From an uncultured Oscillospiraceae bacterium (GTDB taxonomy: Bacteria; Bacillota; Clostridia; Oscillospirales; Oscillospiraceae), in assembly GCA_944383185.1 (NCBI GenBank), contig CALWOS010000030.1, forward strand, positions 1-40,179: a stretch of 40,179 nucleotides of DNA. The letters run 5' to 3'. Numbering within the stretch: the stretch's first letter is position 1; each line of letters starts with the position of its first letter. Positions 17,328-28,667 of this stretch are shown here, piece by piece. A program made the position numbers and the translations under genes. The notes below the pieces were generated by a model. It was not told the origin of the DNA and did no database searches. It saw only the letters and a list, made by a program, of their open reading frames with translations.

Positions 17328-18059
17328 TTAAAGCTGGATGGCCGCCACGGTCACATTGTCCGGGGCGCCGCGTTCCAAGGCGGTTTTCAGCAGCTTTTTG
17401 CAGAAGTCGTTTACTGTTTTGGATTTTCTGCGCTGATCTGCCAGCTCTGGAGCGGTCACTTGGTTGCTCAGGCCGTCAGAGCAGAGCATCAGCGTGTCTC
17501 CGGCCTCCAGGGCCAGCTCAAATATATCGCAGGGCACGTGGCGCTCCACGCCAAGGGCCCGGGTAATCAAATTCTTTTTTGGATGGCGCTGGGCCTGCTC
17601 TGCCGTGAGTTCACCGGCGTCCACCATGTCCTCCACCAGGGAGTGATCCCGGGTGATGCGCGCGGCACTTCCCGCGCGGAGAAGATAGGCCCGGCTGTCC
17701 CCGGCATTGACGACAACCGCTTCCCCCTCCCGGATCAGGGCGGCGACCAAGGTGGTACCCATGCCCTTGCAGTTCGGATCCTGGCGGGAACGCTCAAACA
17801 CCTGTGCATTGGCCAATACAGCCGCCTCCCGGGCGATTTCCGCCAGGGAGAGCTCAGGGCAGTCCTGCATCCGAGCCAGGGCCTCCTGAGCAAAGCGATC
17901 CGAGGCCATGCTGCTGGCGATGCCGCCGGCACGGGCGCCGCCCATACCGTCGCACACCACCACCAGAGCCCCCTCAGGCTTCCGCAGGAGCTGCAGGACA
18001 TAGCTGTCCTGGTTTTCCCTGCGGATCTTTCCCTTATCCGTCACTCCATAGCCTTTCAT
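17328..18059 (-). CDS. stp: PP2C-family Ser/Thr phosphatase (Stp/PrpC)
   Basis: VVCDGMGGARAG, NAGDSRAYL, LCSDGLSN, DNVTVAAIQL. 243 aa. Confidence 0.93.
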   Translation of the reverse strand: MKGYGVTDKGKIRRENQDSYVLQLLRKPEGALVVVCDGMGGARAGGIASSMASDRFAQEALARMQDCPELSLAEIAREAAVLANAQVFERSRQDPNCKGMGTTLVAALIREGEAVVVNAGDSRAYLLRAGSAARITRDHSLVEDMVDAGELTAEQAQRHPKKNLITRALGVERHVPCDIFELALEAGDTLMLCSDGLSNQVTAPELADQRRKSKTVNDFCKKLLKTALERGAPDNVTVAAIQL

Positions 18060-18067
18060 GGTTCCTC

Positions 18068-19114
18068 CTAGCTGTTTCGGGCCCCTGCCGCCTGCTCCCG
18101 TTTCCGTCGGAGCTGGCCGCAGGACGCATCCACATCTCCGCCCAGCTTCCGGCGCACCGTTACGTTGACGCCGGCGTGTTCCAAAATCTCCACAAAGCGC
18201 CGGATGCGCTGTGGGGTGGAGGGAAGGAAGTCCCGTTCTTCCACATGGTTCAAAGGAATCAGATTCACATGCCCGCCCACCGGACGCACCCGCTGGGCAA
18301 GAAGCCGGGCGTGGCGGTCCGTGTCGTTCACGTCCCGTATCATGGCGTATTCAAAGCTGATACGCCGTCCCGTGCGCTTGGCATAGTCTCCGCAGGCGGC
18401 CATCAGCGCCGCCACTCCCCTGCCCCGGTTTGCCGGCATGATGCGGCTGCGGGTCTCGTCATCCGGCGCGTGGAGGGAAACGGAGAGGGTGAGCTGCAAG
18501 CCCTCCGACGCCAAGCGGTCAAACTGTTCAGTCAGCCCGCAAGTGGAAAGGCTGATATGGCGCATGCCCAGGTTCCGGCCTTTGGGATGACTCACCAGGC
18601 GGAGAAAACGCAACACGTTATCATAATTATCCAGAGGTTCTCCAATCCCCATCAGGACAATGTTGGAAAGGGGCAGGCCGCTGTCCCGTTCCGAGGCCAG
18701 GACCTCTTGGAGCATCTCCCCCGCCGTGAGGTTGCGCACCAGGCCGCCTATGGTAGAGGCGCAGAAGGCGCAGCCCTGGCGACAGCCCACCTGGGAGGAG
18801 ATGCACACGGTGTTCCCGTGGCGGTAGCGCATGACCACCGTCTCCACGGCGTTGCCGTCTGCAAGCTCCCAGAGGTATTTGATGGTGCCGTCGTGGGCGG
18901 AAACCTGCTTGTTGAGGCAGCGCAGCGGTACAGAGGGGAACTCCTGCACGAGCTGCTCACGGAGCGCGCCGGGGAGATTGGCCATGGCGGCGTAGGAGAA
19001 CTCCCCCCTGGCAAACCAGGTGAAAAGCTGCTCCGCCCGGTAACGGGGTTGGCCCAGCTCCTGAAATATGGCCTCCAGCTCCTCCGGCAGCAGGCTGGTG
19101 AGGTCTTTCGTCAT
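18068..19114 (-). CDS. rlmN: 23S rRNA/tRNA (adenine2503-C2)-methyltransferase, radical SAM
   Basis: Start set at ATG 19114 (MTKDLTSLLPEEL, ATGA overlap with the rsmB stop). Radical SAM CRQGCAFCAS. The upstream 74 codons of ORF 18068..19336 overlap rsmB and are rejected. Confidence 0.93.
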   Translation of the reverse strand: MTKDLTSLLPEELEAIFQELGQPRYRAEQLFTWFARGEFSYAAMANLPGALREQLVQEFPSVPLRCLNKQVSAHDGTIKYLWELADGNAVETVVMRYRHGNTVCISSQVGCRQGCAFCASTIGGLVRNLTAGEMLQEVLASERDSGLPLSNIVLMGIGEPLDNYDNVLRFLRLVSHPKGRNLGMRHISLSTCGLTEQFDRLASEGLQLTLSVSLHAPDDETRSRIMPANRGRGVAALMAACGDYAKRTGRRISFEYAMIRDVNDTDRHARLLAQRVRPVGGHVNLIPLNHVEERDFLPSTPQRIRRFVEILEHAGVNVTVRRKLGGDVDASCGQLRRKREQAAGARNS

Positions 19115-20436
19115 GACGTCCTCCGAAGTTTGCAGAAATAAAAGCCGTCCGTGCCCTGGCGCTGGGGCCAGAGCTGCACGCCCAGCTCCCCGGACGCTTC
19201 CGACGCGAATGGAAGAGACGGCGTCTCCGGGCTGAAATCTGACCTGCGGCACAGGAACGCTTCCACCACAGCCGCGTTTTCCTCTTGGAGCACCGTACAG
19301 GTGGAATAGAGCAAAGCGCCCCCAGGTCTGACGCAATCAGCCAGGCCCAAAAGGATGGCAAGCTGGATCTCCGGCAGCGCCGCAAGGGCCGCCGGGTCCT
19401 TTTCCCGGATATCCGGCTTCTTGCGGATCACGCCCAGGCCGCTGCACGGCACATCCGCCAGCACCAGGTCAAAAGACTCCAGCAGTTCCTTATCGGGACG
19501 CCGGGCGTCCATGGCCCGGGTGTGGATTGCGGCAAAGCCCAGGCGCTCTGCGCCTTTTTTCAGGCGGGATAGCTTTTTCTCGTGCAGGTCACAGGCGAGG
19601 ACTTCTCCTCTGCTCTCCATGGCCCGGGCGGCGGCAAAGCTCTTGCCTCCCGGGGCGGCGCAGGCGTCCAGCACCCGCATCCCTGGCTTGGGATCCGCCG
19701 CAAAAACTGAGAGTGCCGCGGCGGCGTCCTGGATGTAAAACCATCCGTCCCGGAACGCCCGGGTCTCCGCTAAGCCGCCTGCCCCGGCCAGGTTCAGGCA
19801 GTCAGGGAGCCATGGATGGGCTTCCGGGGCAAAGCCCTCCCTTTCCAGCGCGGCAGCAAGGGCGGCGGTGTCCGTGCGCAGAGTGTTTACCTGGAGCGTT
19901 ACCGGCGCCGGCGCGTTATTGCTGGCAAAGAATGCTGCCGTTTCGGCATAGCCCTCCTGCTCCGTCAGGCGACGGGCCAGCCACAGGGGATGGCTCCAGC
20001 GGGTGGCCAAGTACTCCGGTGTTCCCGCTCCGGGAACCTCCGGCAGAGCCGCGCGATGTTCCGCTAATCGGCGGAGCACCGCGTTCACCAATCCCCCCGC
20101 CTGGGCGCGGCCCGAAGCCTTGGTGAGCGCTACGGCCTCGTTTACCACAGCGGAGGGCGGGATACGGTCCAAAAACAAAAGCTGGTACGCCGACAGGCGC
20201 AGCACATCCAGCACCGCGGGATCCAGCTTCTCCACAGGGTGGCTGCACCAGTGGGAGAGATAGAAATCCAGCAGCGCGGCATTTTGCTGTACACCGTAGC
20301 ACAGCCGCGTGGCCAGGGCAGCGTCCCGGCGGTCCAGGCCATCGGCACGGATCAGGCCGTCCAGGACCGCGTCCGACCAGGCGCCATCCCGGCGGCAGCG
20401 GCGCAGCCCCTCCAGGGCCACGCTTCTGGCGCTCAC
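19111..20436 (-). CDS. rsmB: 16S rRNA (cytosine967-C5)-methyltransferase
   Basis: NusB-like N-domain. VLDACAAPGGKS, DVPCSGLGVIRKKPD, YSTCT. GTG start in a GTGA overlap with the fmt stop. Confidence 0.92.
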   Translation of the reverse strand: MSARSVALEGLRRCRRDGAWSDAVLDGLIRADGLDRRDAALATRLCYGVQQNAALLDFYLSHWCSHPVEKLDPAVLDVLRLSAYQLLFLDRIPPSAVVNEAVALTKASGRAQAGGLVNAVLRRLAEHRAALPEVPGAGTPEYLATRWSHPLWLARRLTEQEGYAETAAFFASNNAPAPVTLQVNTLRTDTAALAAALEREGFAPEAHPWLPDCLNLAGAGGLAETRAFRDGWFYIQDAAAALSVFAADPKPGMRVLDACAAPGGKSFAAARAMESRGEVLACDLHEKKLSRLKKGAERLGFAAIHTRAMDARRPDKELLESFDLVLADVPCSGLGVIRKKPDIREKDPAALAALPEIQLAILLGLADCVRPGGALLYSTCTVLQEENAAVVEAFLCRRSDFSPETPSLPFASEASGELGVQLWPQRQGTDGFYFCKLRRTS

Positions 20437-21356
20437 GGCGCCACCTGGACGGGATGTCCCCGCAGCCAGTCGGCGGCGGCCATGGGCTTTTTCCCGGCCG
20501 GCTGTACCCGGGTCAGCAGGACGGTCCTCCCGTCTCCGCAGGCAAATTCCAGCCCGGCCTCCCCAGCGGAGAGCAACGTCCCGGCGGGCTTTGCCGTGGC
20601 GCGCCCGGTTGTTTCCCCGTCAAAAATGCGGAGGCTTTGCCCCTGAATCTCCGCCGTGGCCACGGGCCAGGGCTGGAGGCCGTATATCTGACGGACGACC
20701 AAAAAGGCACTTTTGTTCCAATCTATGGGGCAGCAGCTTTTGCTGAGCTGGGTAGTATAGGTGGCTTTGCTGGGATCCTGAGGGATACGGGGGGCCGTTC
20801 CGGCCCGGATGTCCCGGATGGTCTGCACCAAAAGCGCACCGCCCAGAACCTTGAGCCGGTCAAAAAGCATACCGCTGGTTTCCCGGTCCCCGATCTCCAC
20901 AGAGCGGGAATAGATCATATCCCCGGTGTCCACGTCCTTGTCCATATACATAGAGGTGACGCCGGTGACCCGGTCCCCGGAGAGGATGGCCCACTGGATG
21001 GGGGCGCTGCCCCGGTGCCGGGGCAGCAGAGAGCCGTGGATGTTGACACAGCCCAGGGCGGGCAGCTCCAACACCTCCGGCGGAAGGATCTTCCCATAGG
21101 CCACCACCGCCAGAATGTCGGGCGCGAGTTCCCGGAACCGGGCAATCTCCTCCGGCATCCGGAGGTTTGCCGGCTGATGGACAGGCAATCCCGCATGCAG
21201 AGCCGCTTCCTTCACCGGGGAGGGGGAAAGATGCATCCCCCGGCCCCGGGGCTTGTCCGGTTGTGTATACACCGCCGTGACGTCCAGGCCCGCTTCCAGA
21301 AGCGCTTCCAGATGGGCCGCGGCAAAATCCGGCGTGCCCATGAATACGATACCCAT
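20433..21356 (-). CDS. fmt: Methionyl-tRNA formyltransferase
   Basis: MGIVFMGTPDFA, HGSLLPRHRGSAPIQWAI. 307 aa. 1-nt overlap (TGATG) with def. Confidence 0.96.
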   Translation of the reverse strand: MGIVFMGTPDFAAAHLEALLEAGLDVTAVYTQPDKPRGRGMHLSPSPVKEAALHAGLPVHQPANLRMPEEIARFRELAPDILAVVAYGKILPPEVLELPALGCVNIHGSLLPRHRGSAPIQWAILSGDRVTGVTSMYMDKDVDTGDMIYSRSVEIGDRETSGMLFDRLKVLGGALLVQTIRDIRAGTAPRIPQDPSKATYTTQLSKSCCPIDWNKSAFLVVRQIYGLQPWPVATAEIQGQSLRIFDGETTGRATAKPAGTLLSAGEAGLEFACGDGRTVLLTRVQPAGKKPMAAADWLRGHPVQVAP

Positions 21357-21886
21357 CAGTCCGTTTCCTCCGTGTCCGCTGCCTCTTCCTCCGGCTCAGC
21401 CAGCTCCTCCGGGTCCAGAATGCGTTCAGCCACACTCAGGAAAAGCTTGCCCTCCAGGTGGTCGATCTCATGGCAGAAGGCCCGGGCCGTGAGGCCCACC
21501 CCCTCCACTTCAAATGGCTTTCCATACCGGTCCTGGGCCCGGACCCGAACATGTTCAGGCCGGCGGACCATGCCGTACACATCCGGTACGCTCAGGCAGC
21601 CTTCCGGGCCGAACTGCTCCCCGTCCGCCTCCACGATTTCCGGATTCACCAGTTCAATGATATACTCGTCCTCCCCTTCCGGGACATTGGTTTCCAGCAC
21701 CAGAACCGCCCGGCGGAGCACGCCCACCTGGGGCGCCGCCAGGCCCACGCCGCCAGCGTGGATCAAAGTCTCCCGCATGTCATCCAGCAGGATGTGCAGG
21801 CGTTCGTTGAAGTCGGTGACCATCCGGCTGTGCTTCAAAAGCCGGGGTTCTTCCTGGGTGAGGATATTGCGCAGGGCCATGTTCAT
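21356..21886 (-). CDS. def: Peptide deformylase (with acidic C-terminal tail)
   Basis: GVGLAAPQVG, EGCLSVP, HEIDHLEG. 176 aa ending EELAEPEEEAADTEETD. Confidence 0.95.
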   Translation of the reverse strand: MNMALRNILTQEEPRLLKHSRMVTDFNERLHILLDDMRETLIHAGGVGLAAPQVGVLRRAVLVLETNVPEGEDEYIIELVNPEIVEADGEQFGPEGCLSVPDVYGMVRRPEHVRVRAQDRYGKPFEVEGVGLTARAFCHEIDHLEGKLFLSVAERILDPEELAEPEEEAADTEETD

Positions 21887-21892
21887 TACTCC

Positions 21893-24163
21893 TTAATCAT
21901 TTGGGTCCGTGTCGCCAAATACGCTGACGCCGCGGAAACTTTTGTCTGTATTGCAGCGGACCAGCACTGCGGAGATGAGACGGCGGTATTCCCGGGCGTC
22001 CGGTGCGCAAAGGGTCACGCGATAGCGGTAACGGTTATTCACCCGGGTGACAAACAGCGGCGCTGGTCCCAAGACTCTGGCTGCGCTGTCCCCAGCCAGG
22101 GCGGATTGAAGCATGTCTCTGGCGGCCACGCAGCACCGGAGTACTGCCGCCTCATCCAATCCGGAGGCTGTCACTGCGTAGAGCCGGGAAAACGGCGGCG
22201 TACCCTGAATGCGGCGCAATCGCAGCTCCTCTCGGTAAAAGGCCGGATAATCCTGGGCAGCTGCCTGGCGGATGACCTGGTTGTCCGGGGTGAAGGTCTG
22301 GATGACCGCCCGGCCCGGGCGGCTGCCCCGGCCAGAGCGCCCCACCACCTGGGTAAGAAGGGAAAAGGTGCGCTCCGCTGCCCGGTAATCCCCGGCATAG
22401 AGGCTCTGATCCGCGGAGAGGACACCCACCAGGGTCACATCTTCAAAGTTGAGTCCTCTGGCAACCATTTGGGTGCCAAGAAGGATGGGGATACCCCCGG
22501 CGCGGAAGCGCTCCAGAATCGCGTCGTGGCCGCCGGAGAGAGCCACAGTATCCGCGTCCATGCGCAGGATCTCCGTATCCGGAAAAATCTGCCGCAGCTC
22601 CGCTTCCACTTTCTGCGTACCGGGGACATCATAGCGCAGTTTCCCGCCGCAGACCGGGCAGCTTTTGTCCACAGGCTGGCTATGGCCGCAGTGGTGGCAC
22701 ATCAGGCGCCGGTTGGCGCTGTGATATGTGAGGCTGACGCTGCAGTTGGGGCATTGATAGGTGTATCCGCAGGCGGTGCAGGCGATGAGTTTGCTGGCGC
22801 CCCGGCGGTTGAGGAAGAGTATGCTCTGCTCCCCGCGGTCCAGATTCTGCCGCAGCTCCGCCTCCAGGACCGAGCTGATACTGCCGCCCCGGCCGGCGCG
22901 CAGCTCCCGCTTCATGTCCACGATGCGGACCTCCGGCAGAGCCTGGGCGTTGTAGCGTTCCCGCAGAGAGAAGCAGTGGTACTTGCCCTTCTGGGCGCTA
23001 TAACTTGTAGTAATATCCGGTGTGGCACTTCCTAAAACCAATAATCCATTCGAATGTGCGCACCGGTACTGGGCAACCTCGCTGGCGTGATAACGCGGGG
23101 TATTTTCAGATTTATAGGACTCCTCTTGTTCCTCATCCATCAGTATGAGGCGCAGGTTCTCTACCGGGGCGAACACCGCACTGCGGGTCCCAACCACCAC
23201 CCGGGCTTTGCCGGAACGGATCCGTTTCCACTCATCGCAGCGTTCTCCCAAGCTCAAAGAGCTGTGGAGCACCGCCACATCCTCGCCAAAGTAGCCGGAG
23301 AAAATCTCCAGCATCTGCGGCGTCAGCGCGATTTCCGGCACCAGAAGGATAGTACCGCCGCCCTTGTCCAGGGCGCGGCGGATCAGGTGGGCATACACTG
23401 CGGTCTTGCCTGAGCCGGTAACGCCGTAGAGCAAAGCCGCCTGAGCCTCTCCCGACGCCGCCAGTTTCCAAAGGCCCTCCAGAACCCCCTCCTGTGAGGG
23501 GTTGAGCTCCGGAAGGGGTTTGGGCGATCCCCGGCGGTACTCCGGGCGGCGAAAAACCTCCCTGGGCGTAAGTTCCACCAGCCCGGCCCGTTCCAGGGCC
23601 CGGAGGGACTGGAGAGAGGCGCCGGTGAACCGGCGCAGTTCCAGCTCCGGCACACTGCCCACCGCGCAAAGGGTTTCCAGAAGGCTGGCCTGCTGAGGGG
23701 CGCTGCGGCGCTTCTGCCCGGCCAGGATCATAGCCTCCTCTGCGGGAAGCGTCAGGGAAGCGAAGTTCTGATATTTGTCCTTGACCCTGCGCGCGCCGGC
23801 TTCGTTGAACCAGAGCCCGGCAGGGAGCATGGCCCGAAGGCTGTCATAGACCGTGGAGAAATACCGCTCCCGCATCCACATGCCCAGCCGGATCTGCTCC
23901 TGGGTCAAAAGAGGCGTCTCGTCCAGGAGCGCCTCCAGGGTCTTGAGGTTTTCCCGGTCGCTGGCATCCCGGAGGGCCAGGATTACGCCCTCGCTCCGGC
24001 GGTTTCCCCGGCCGAAGGGTACACGCACCCGCATGCCGGGAGCAGCGCAGCCCTCCCATTCCCGGGGGACCAGATAATCATAGGGCCGGTCCACCCAGTA
24101 GGTGGCGGCGGATACCGCCACCTTCGCCACCAGGGGGCTCCGGCGCGCTCCTGCGGAAGTCAC
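21893..24163 (-). CDS. priA: Primosomal replication-restart helicase PriA
   Basis: GVTGSGKT Walker A, LMDEEQEESYK. Cys-rich insert CTACGYTYQCPNCSVSLTYH..CHHCGH..CPVCGG. GTG start in a GTGA overlap with rpoZ. The exact start is uncertain. Confidence 0.93.
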   Translation of the reverse strand: MTSAGARRSPLVAKVAVSAATYWVDRPYDYLVPREWEGCAAPGMRVRVPFGRGNRRSEGVILALRDASDRENLKTLEALLDETPLLTQEQIRLGMWMRERYFSTVYDSLRAMLPAGLWFNEAGARRVKDKYQNFASLTLPAEEAMILAGQKRRSAPQQASLLETLCAVGSVPELELRRFTGASLQSLRALERAGLVELTPREVFRRPEYRRGSPKPLPELNPSQEGVLEGLWKLAASGEAQAALLYGVTGSGKTAVYAHLIRRALDKGGGTILLVPEIALTPQMLEIFSGYFGEDVAVLHSSLSLGERCDEWKRIRSGKARVVVGTRSAVFAPVENLRLILMDEEQEESYKSENTPRYHASEVAQYRCAHSNGLLVLGSATPDITTSYSAQKGKYHCFSLRERYNAQALPEVRIVDMKRELRAGRGGSISSVLEAELRQNLDRGEQSILFLNRRGASKLIACTACGYTYQCPNCSVSLTYHSANRRLMCHHCGHSQPVDKSCPVCGGKLRYDVPGTQKVEAELRQIFPDTEILRMDADTVALSGGHDAILERFRAGGIPILLGTQMVARGLNFEDVTLVGVLSADQSLYAGDYRAAERTFSLLTQVVGRSGRGSRPGRAVIQTFTPDNQVIRQAAAQDYPAFYREELRLRRIQGTPPFSRLYAVTASGLDEAAVLRCCVAARDMLQSALAGDSAARVLGPAPLFVTRVNNRYRYRVTLCAPDAREYRRLISAVLVRCNTDKSFRGVSVFGDTDPND

Positions 24164-24432
24164 TCTGCCTCCGCGGATGGTTCAGGTTCAGTCTGCTGGG
24201 GAACGGCGGCGTCCATCCAAGTTTCCTCTTCCGATTTGCCGAAGGATTTCACCGTGAGCTTTCCGGTATACACCTCGTCAATGGCGGCGGACACAGGCTT
24301 TTTGTCCAGGGGTTCGCCCGCCGCCTCCGCGGCGGCGGCAATGTCCCGCGCCCGGTGGGCCACCAGGTTCACCAGGAGATACCGGCTGCCGACTTTTTCA
24401 ACCAGGTCGGCCATAGGGGGATACAGCATCAT
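24160..24432 (-). CDS. rpoZ: DNA-directed RNA polymerase subunit omega
   Basis: YLLVNLVAHRARDI core motif. 90 aa. Position between gmk and priA as in other Firmicutes. Confidence 0.88.
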   Translation of the reverse strand: MMLYPPMADLVEKVGSRYLLVNLVAHRARDIAAAAEAAGEPLDKKPVSAAIDEVYTGKLTVKSFGKSEEETWMDAAVPQQTEPEPSAEAE

Positions 24433-25043
24433 TGCAGTTGCACCTCGATCAATTGAATTCTATCCGCGGTTTTGCACTTTTCCGCAGTGATGATGGCGCT
24501 GATCTCCGACGCGGCGACGGCAGCGTCATCGTTGATGACGATATAGTCGTACTCCTTTGCCAGAAGCAGTTCCACCCGGGCCTGCTGGAGCCGGCCCTCG
24601 ATCACTTCCGGGGAGTCCGTGCCCCGCTGGACCAGACGCTGGCGCAGGGTTTCCAGATTAGGAGGCGAGAGAAAAATTGTCACAGCCTCCGGCATGGCGG
24701 CTTTTACCTGGGCCGCACCCTGGACCTCAATATCCAGAAGCACATCCCGGCCCTGGTTCAGATGCTCCTCGATGGGGGCCCGAGGGGTCCCGTACCGGTT
24801 GCCCACATACTGAGCGTTTTCCAGGAGCTCTCCCCGCGCCAGCATTTCCAGAAAGCGCAGCTCCGAGACGAAGTAGTAGTCCTCCCCTTCCACTTCCCCG
24901 GTCCGGGGCTGGCGGGTAGTGGCGGAAACGGAAAAGCGGAGGTTGGGCCGGGCCGCCCGGACCCGCTGGATCACCGTGCTCTTTCCCGCCCCGGAAGGCC
25001 CTGAGAGCACAATGAGTTTTCCACGGTCAGGCAATTTCTCCAC
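24429..25043 (-). CDS. gmk: Guanylate kinase
   Basis: [13 protein letters not shown]-loop, [17 protein letters not shown]. Start placed at GTG 25043 (TTG 25034 is also possible) because the longer ORF to 25112 overlaps remA. Confidence 0.9.
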   Translation of the reverse strand: MEKLPDRGKLIVLSGPSGAGKSTVIQRVRAARPNLRFSVSATTRQPRTGEVEGEDYYFVSELRFLEMLARGELLENAQYVGNRYGTPRAPIEEHLNQGRDVLLDIEVQGAAQVKAAMPEAVTIFLSPPNLETLRQRLVQRGTDSPEVIEGRLQQARVELLLAKEYDYIVINDDAAVAASEISAIITAEKCKTADRIQLIEVQLQ

Positions 25044-25272
25044 CTCCCACGCGGCTGGCCACGGTTTCCGGCTGGATGGCCGAGAGGACCACATGGCCGC
25101 TGTCCATGACAATCACAGCCCGGGTCCGGCGGCCATACGTGGCGTCAATCAAAAGGCCCTTTTCCCGGGTCTCCTGGATGATACGCTTGATGGGCGCGGA
25201 TTCCGGACTCACAATGGCCACCAATCTGGCGGAGGAGACCATGTTGCCAAAGCCGATGTTAATGAGCTTCAT
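25027..25272 (-). CDS. remA: RemA/DUF370 family regulator
   Basis: [61 protein letters not shown], near-canonical RemA. 81 aa. Confidence 0.92.
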   Translation of the reverse strand: MKLINIGFGNMVSSARLVAIVSPESAPIKRIIQETREKGLLIDATYGRRTRAVIVMDSGHVVLSAIQPETVASRVGGGEIA

Positions 25273-25283
25273 GGGCGCACCTC

Positions 25284-26162
25284 CTATTCAATGTTCTGGA
25301 TTTGTTCCCGGATCTTCTCAATCTCCGACTTCATGTCCACCACAACCTTGGCGAGGGCACCGTCGTTGCACTTGGAGCCAATGGTATTGGCCTCCCGGTT
25401 GAATTCCTGAATAAGAAAATCCAGCTTCCGTCCGGCAGGGGAGCCGTCGGCCAGCATCTGCCGCATTTGGGAAATGTGGCTGCGCAGGCGGACCGTCTCC
25501 TCGTTGACCGCGGTCTTGTCCGTAAAGAGGGCAGCCTCCAGAAGGATACGCTGGGGATCCAGGTCACGGCTCTGGAGGACTTCCTCCATACGCTGCAGAA
25601 GTTTCCCGCGGTATTCTTCCACCAGCTGGGGGGAACGTTCCTCCACCAAGGCCACCAGGCGCTCAATCTCCACCAAGCGGCCCTCTACGTCCTGGCGGAG
25701 CTTCTCCCCTTCCCGCAGCCGCATCTGGTCATAAGCGGCAAGAGCTTCCTCCAGCAGCGCCGTCAGTCCCGATAGGACCGCCTCCCGGTCACTCTCCCGT
25801 TTTTCCACGGTGAGCACGTCGGGAAATCGGGCCAAAAGCGCGGCGGTGGCGTCATCCGGCACGCCGCAGCTTGCGGCGATTTTCTGCAGGGCGGCCCGGT
25901 AGCTCTCCGCCAGGGGGAGGTTCACGGCCACCACCGTATCTGAAGCGGCAGCGCCGTCCAGGTTCACATATACGTCCACCTTACCCCGGCTGATATGCCG
26001 CTGCACAGCGGCCTTTACCGTCTCTTCCGCGTAGAGAAAGCCCCGGGGCAGGCGGACATTGCAGTCCAGGTAGCGGTTGTTGACGCTTTTAAGCTCCACT
26101 GTGAACTGCAGCGTATCCGCGGTACCCTTGGCGCCGCCGTAGCCGGTCATACTGCGTATCAT
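25284..26162 (-). CDS. yicC: YicC/YloC family stress-induced protein
   Basis: MIRSMTGYG start, [14 protein letters not shown]-terminal [13 protein letters not shown]. 292 aa. Confidence 0.92.
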   Translation of the reverse strand: MIRSMTGYGGAKGTADTLQFTVELKSVNNRYLDCNVRLPRGFLYAEETVKAAVQRHISRGKVDVYVNLDGAAASDTVVAVNLPLAESYRAALQKIAASCGVPDDATAALLARFPDVLTVEKRESDREAVLSGLTALLEEALAAYDQMRLREGEKLRQDVEGRLVEIERLVALVEERSPQLVEEYRGKLLQRMEEVLQSRDLDPQRILLEAALFTDKTAVNEETVRLRSHISQMRQMLADGSPAGRKLDFLIQEFNREANTIGSKCNDGALAKVVVDMKSEIEKIREQIQNIE

Positions 26163-26182
26163 ATTAGGAATTGCCTCCCACG

Positions 26183-26689
26183 TTATCGAATGTGCCCGGA
26201 AATTTGCCGGATGTAGTATTGGAGCAGCCCCGTGAGGCCGCGGTCATAGATCACAAACACGACGCTCACCCCCAGATGGATCAGGATCTGTGGCAGATCT
26301 CGGATCTGCGGCGCCAGGAGCTCCCGGGCCAGGAGCAGCACCACAAAAAGCGCGGCGTTGCACACCAGGAGCTTGAGCGTCCACTCCGCCCAACGCCGGC
26401 GCAGGCGCTCCAAAAAACTTTTCAAAAGGGGGTAATATCCCAGCAAGGCCAGATACAGCAGCGCCGGGGCCTTTTGAGGCAGAAGCAACAGGCCGAGAAT
26501 TCCGGCTGCGGCAAACACGCCCCAGGCATAACCAGCACCGCAGTGGATCAGCGTCAGGGCCGTGAGCACGCCGGATATGGCCGTCAGCGCCAGCCTGCCC
26601 GAAGGCAGCACCGTGCCCAGCCAGAGCAATACAACGCTCAGCGCCGCCATAAGGGCCGCGCGGGTCAGTTTCTTGACAGAAGCATCCAT
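26183..26689 (-). CDS. Hypothetical polytopic membrane protein (168 aa)
   Basis: About 5 hydrophobic segments (LTRAALMAALSVVLLWLG, LALTAISGVLTALTLI, WGVFAAAGILGLLLL, LLVCNAALFVVLLLA, LIHLGVSVVFVIY). The ATG is 1 nt after the J-protein stop (TGAGATG). No family recognised. Confidence 0.7.
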   Translation of the reverse strand: MDASVKKLTRAALMAALSVVLLWLGTVLPSGRLALTAISGVLTALTLIHCGAGYAWGVFAAAGILGLLLLPQKAPALLYLALLGYYPLLKSFLERLRRRWAEWTLKLLVCNAALFVVLLLARELLAPQIRDLPQILIHLGVSVVFVIYDRGLTGLLQYYIRQISGHIR

Positions 26690-26690
26690 C

Positions 26691-28231
<1,541 letters not shown>

Positions 28232-28237
28232 CCTGCG

Positions 28238-28645
28238 CTACTCCCGGGCGATGATGTCAAAGGAAATGGGGACACGGGTGATGCACCGCTGGAGCACCAC
28301 AACCGCCGCCACTCCCAGAGCAAACCCCAAAAGGCTTACCAAAACCCGGGCGTTCTCCTGGGAGAAAACCGCGGCCCCCAGGAAATACGCCGCGAGAAAT
28401 GTGACCAAAGGCAGAATATACACCAGTGTAGCGGCTCCCAAAATACGCCGGGTTTGGCTGGCAATGGTAACATGCTCTCCCACTGTGGCACCGATGTGGT
28501 TGCCGCAGGTAATTAGGAGTTTGTTCCGAAAGGAACAGGTTCCTCCGCAGGAGGCGCAGTTGCCACCACAGGCAGTCCCCCGGGTGACCTCCACCTCCGC
28601 GGTCTGCGCGTCGATAATGCGTTTTACCACAGCACTTTGGGTCAT
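28238..28645 (-). CDS. RseC/MucC family (SoxR-reducing system type) membrane protein
   Basis: AGGAGG 5 nt upstream of ATG 28645. N-terminal CGGNCASCGGTC motif. Two C-terminal TM helices (ILGAATLVYILPLVTFLAAYFLG, LVSLLGFALGVAAVVVL). 135 aa. Confidence 0.75.
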   Translation of the reverse strand: MTQSAVVKRIIDAQTAEVEVTRGTACGGNCASCGGTCSFRNKLLITCGNHIGATVGEHVTIASQTRRILGAATLVYILPLVTFLAAYFLGAAVFSQENARVLVSLLGFALGVAAVVVLQRCITRVPISFDIIARE

Positions 28646-28667
28646 TTCTTCCTCCTGATTCCAGGCT

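Noticed and set aside
18068-19336. Extended N-termini offered by the ORF track for rlmN (to 19336), plsC (to 38869), the class V enzyme (to 32248), cdaA (to 30885), coaX (to 34000), gmk (to 25112), cwlD (from 3371), radA (from 4260) and degV (from 5707)
   Set aside because: The extensions overlap the preceding gene or an intergenic promoter region and are Arg/Gly/Pro-rich. Internal starts give canonical family N-termini, sensible lengths, RBS motifs and ATGA-type coupling.
15355-23035. Long plus-strand ORFs antisense to prkC, stp/rlmN, fmt/def and priA (15355..16455, 17804..19141, 20454..21896, 21458..23035)
   Set aside because: Each lies fully opposite a gene with unmistakable catalytic motifs. 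Their translations are Arg/Gly/Pro/His-rich with no motifs. Long antisense ORFs are expected in about 60% GC DNA because stop codons are rare.
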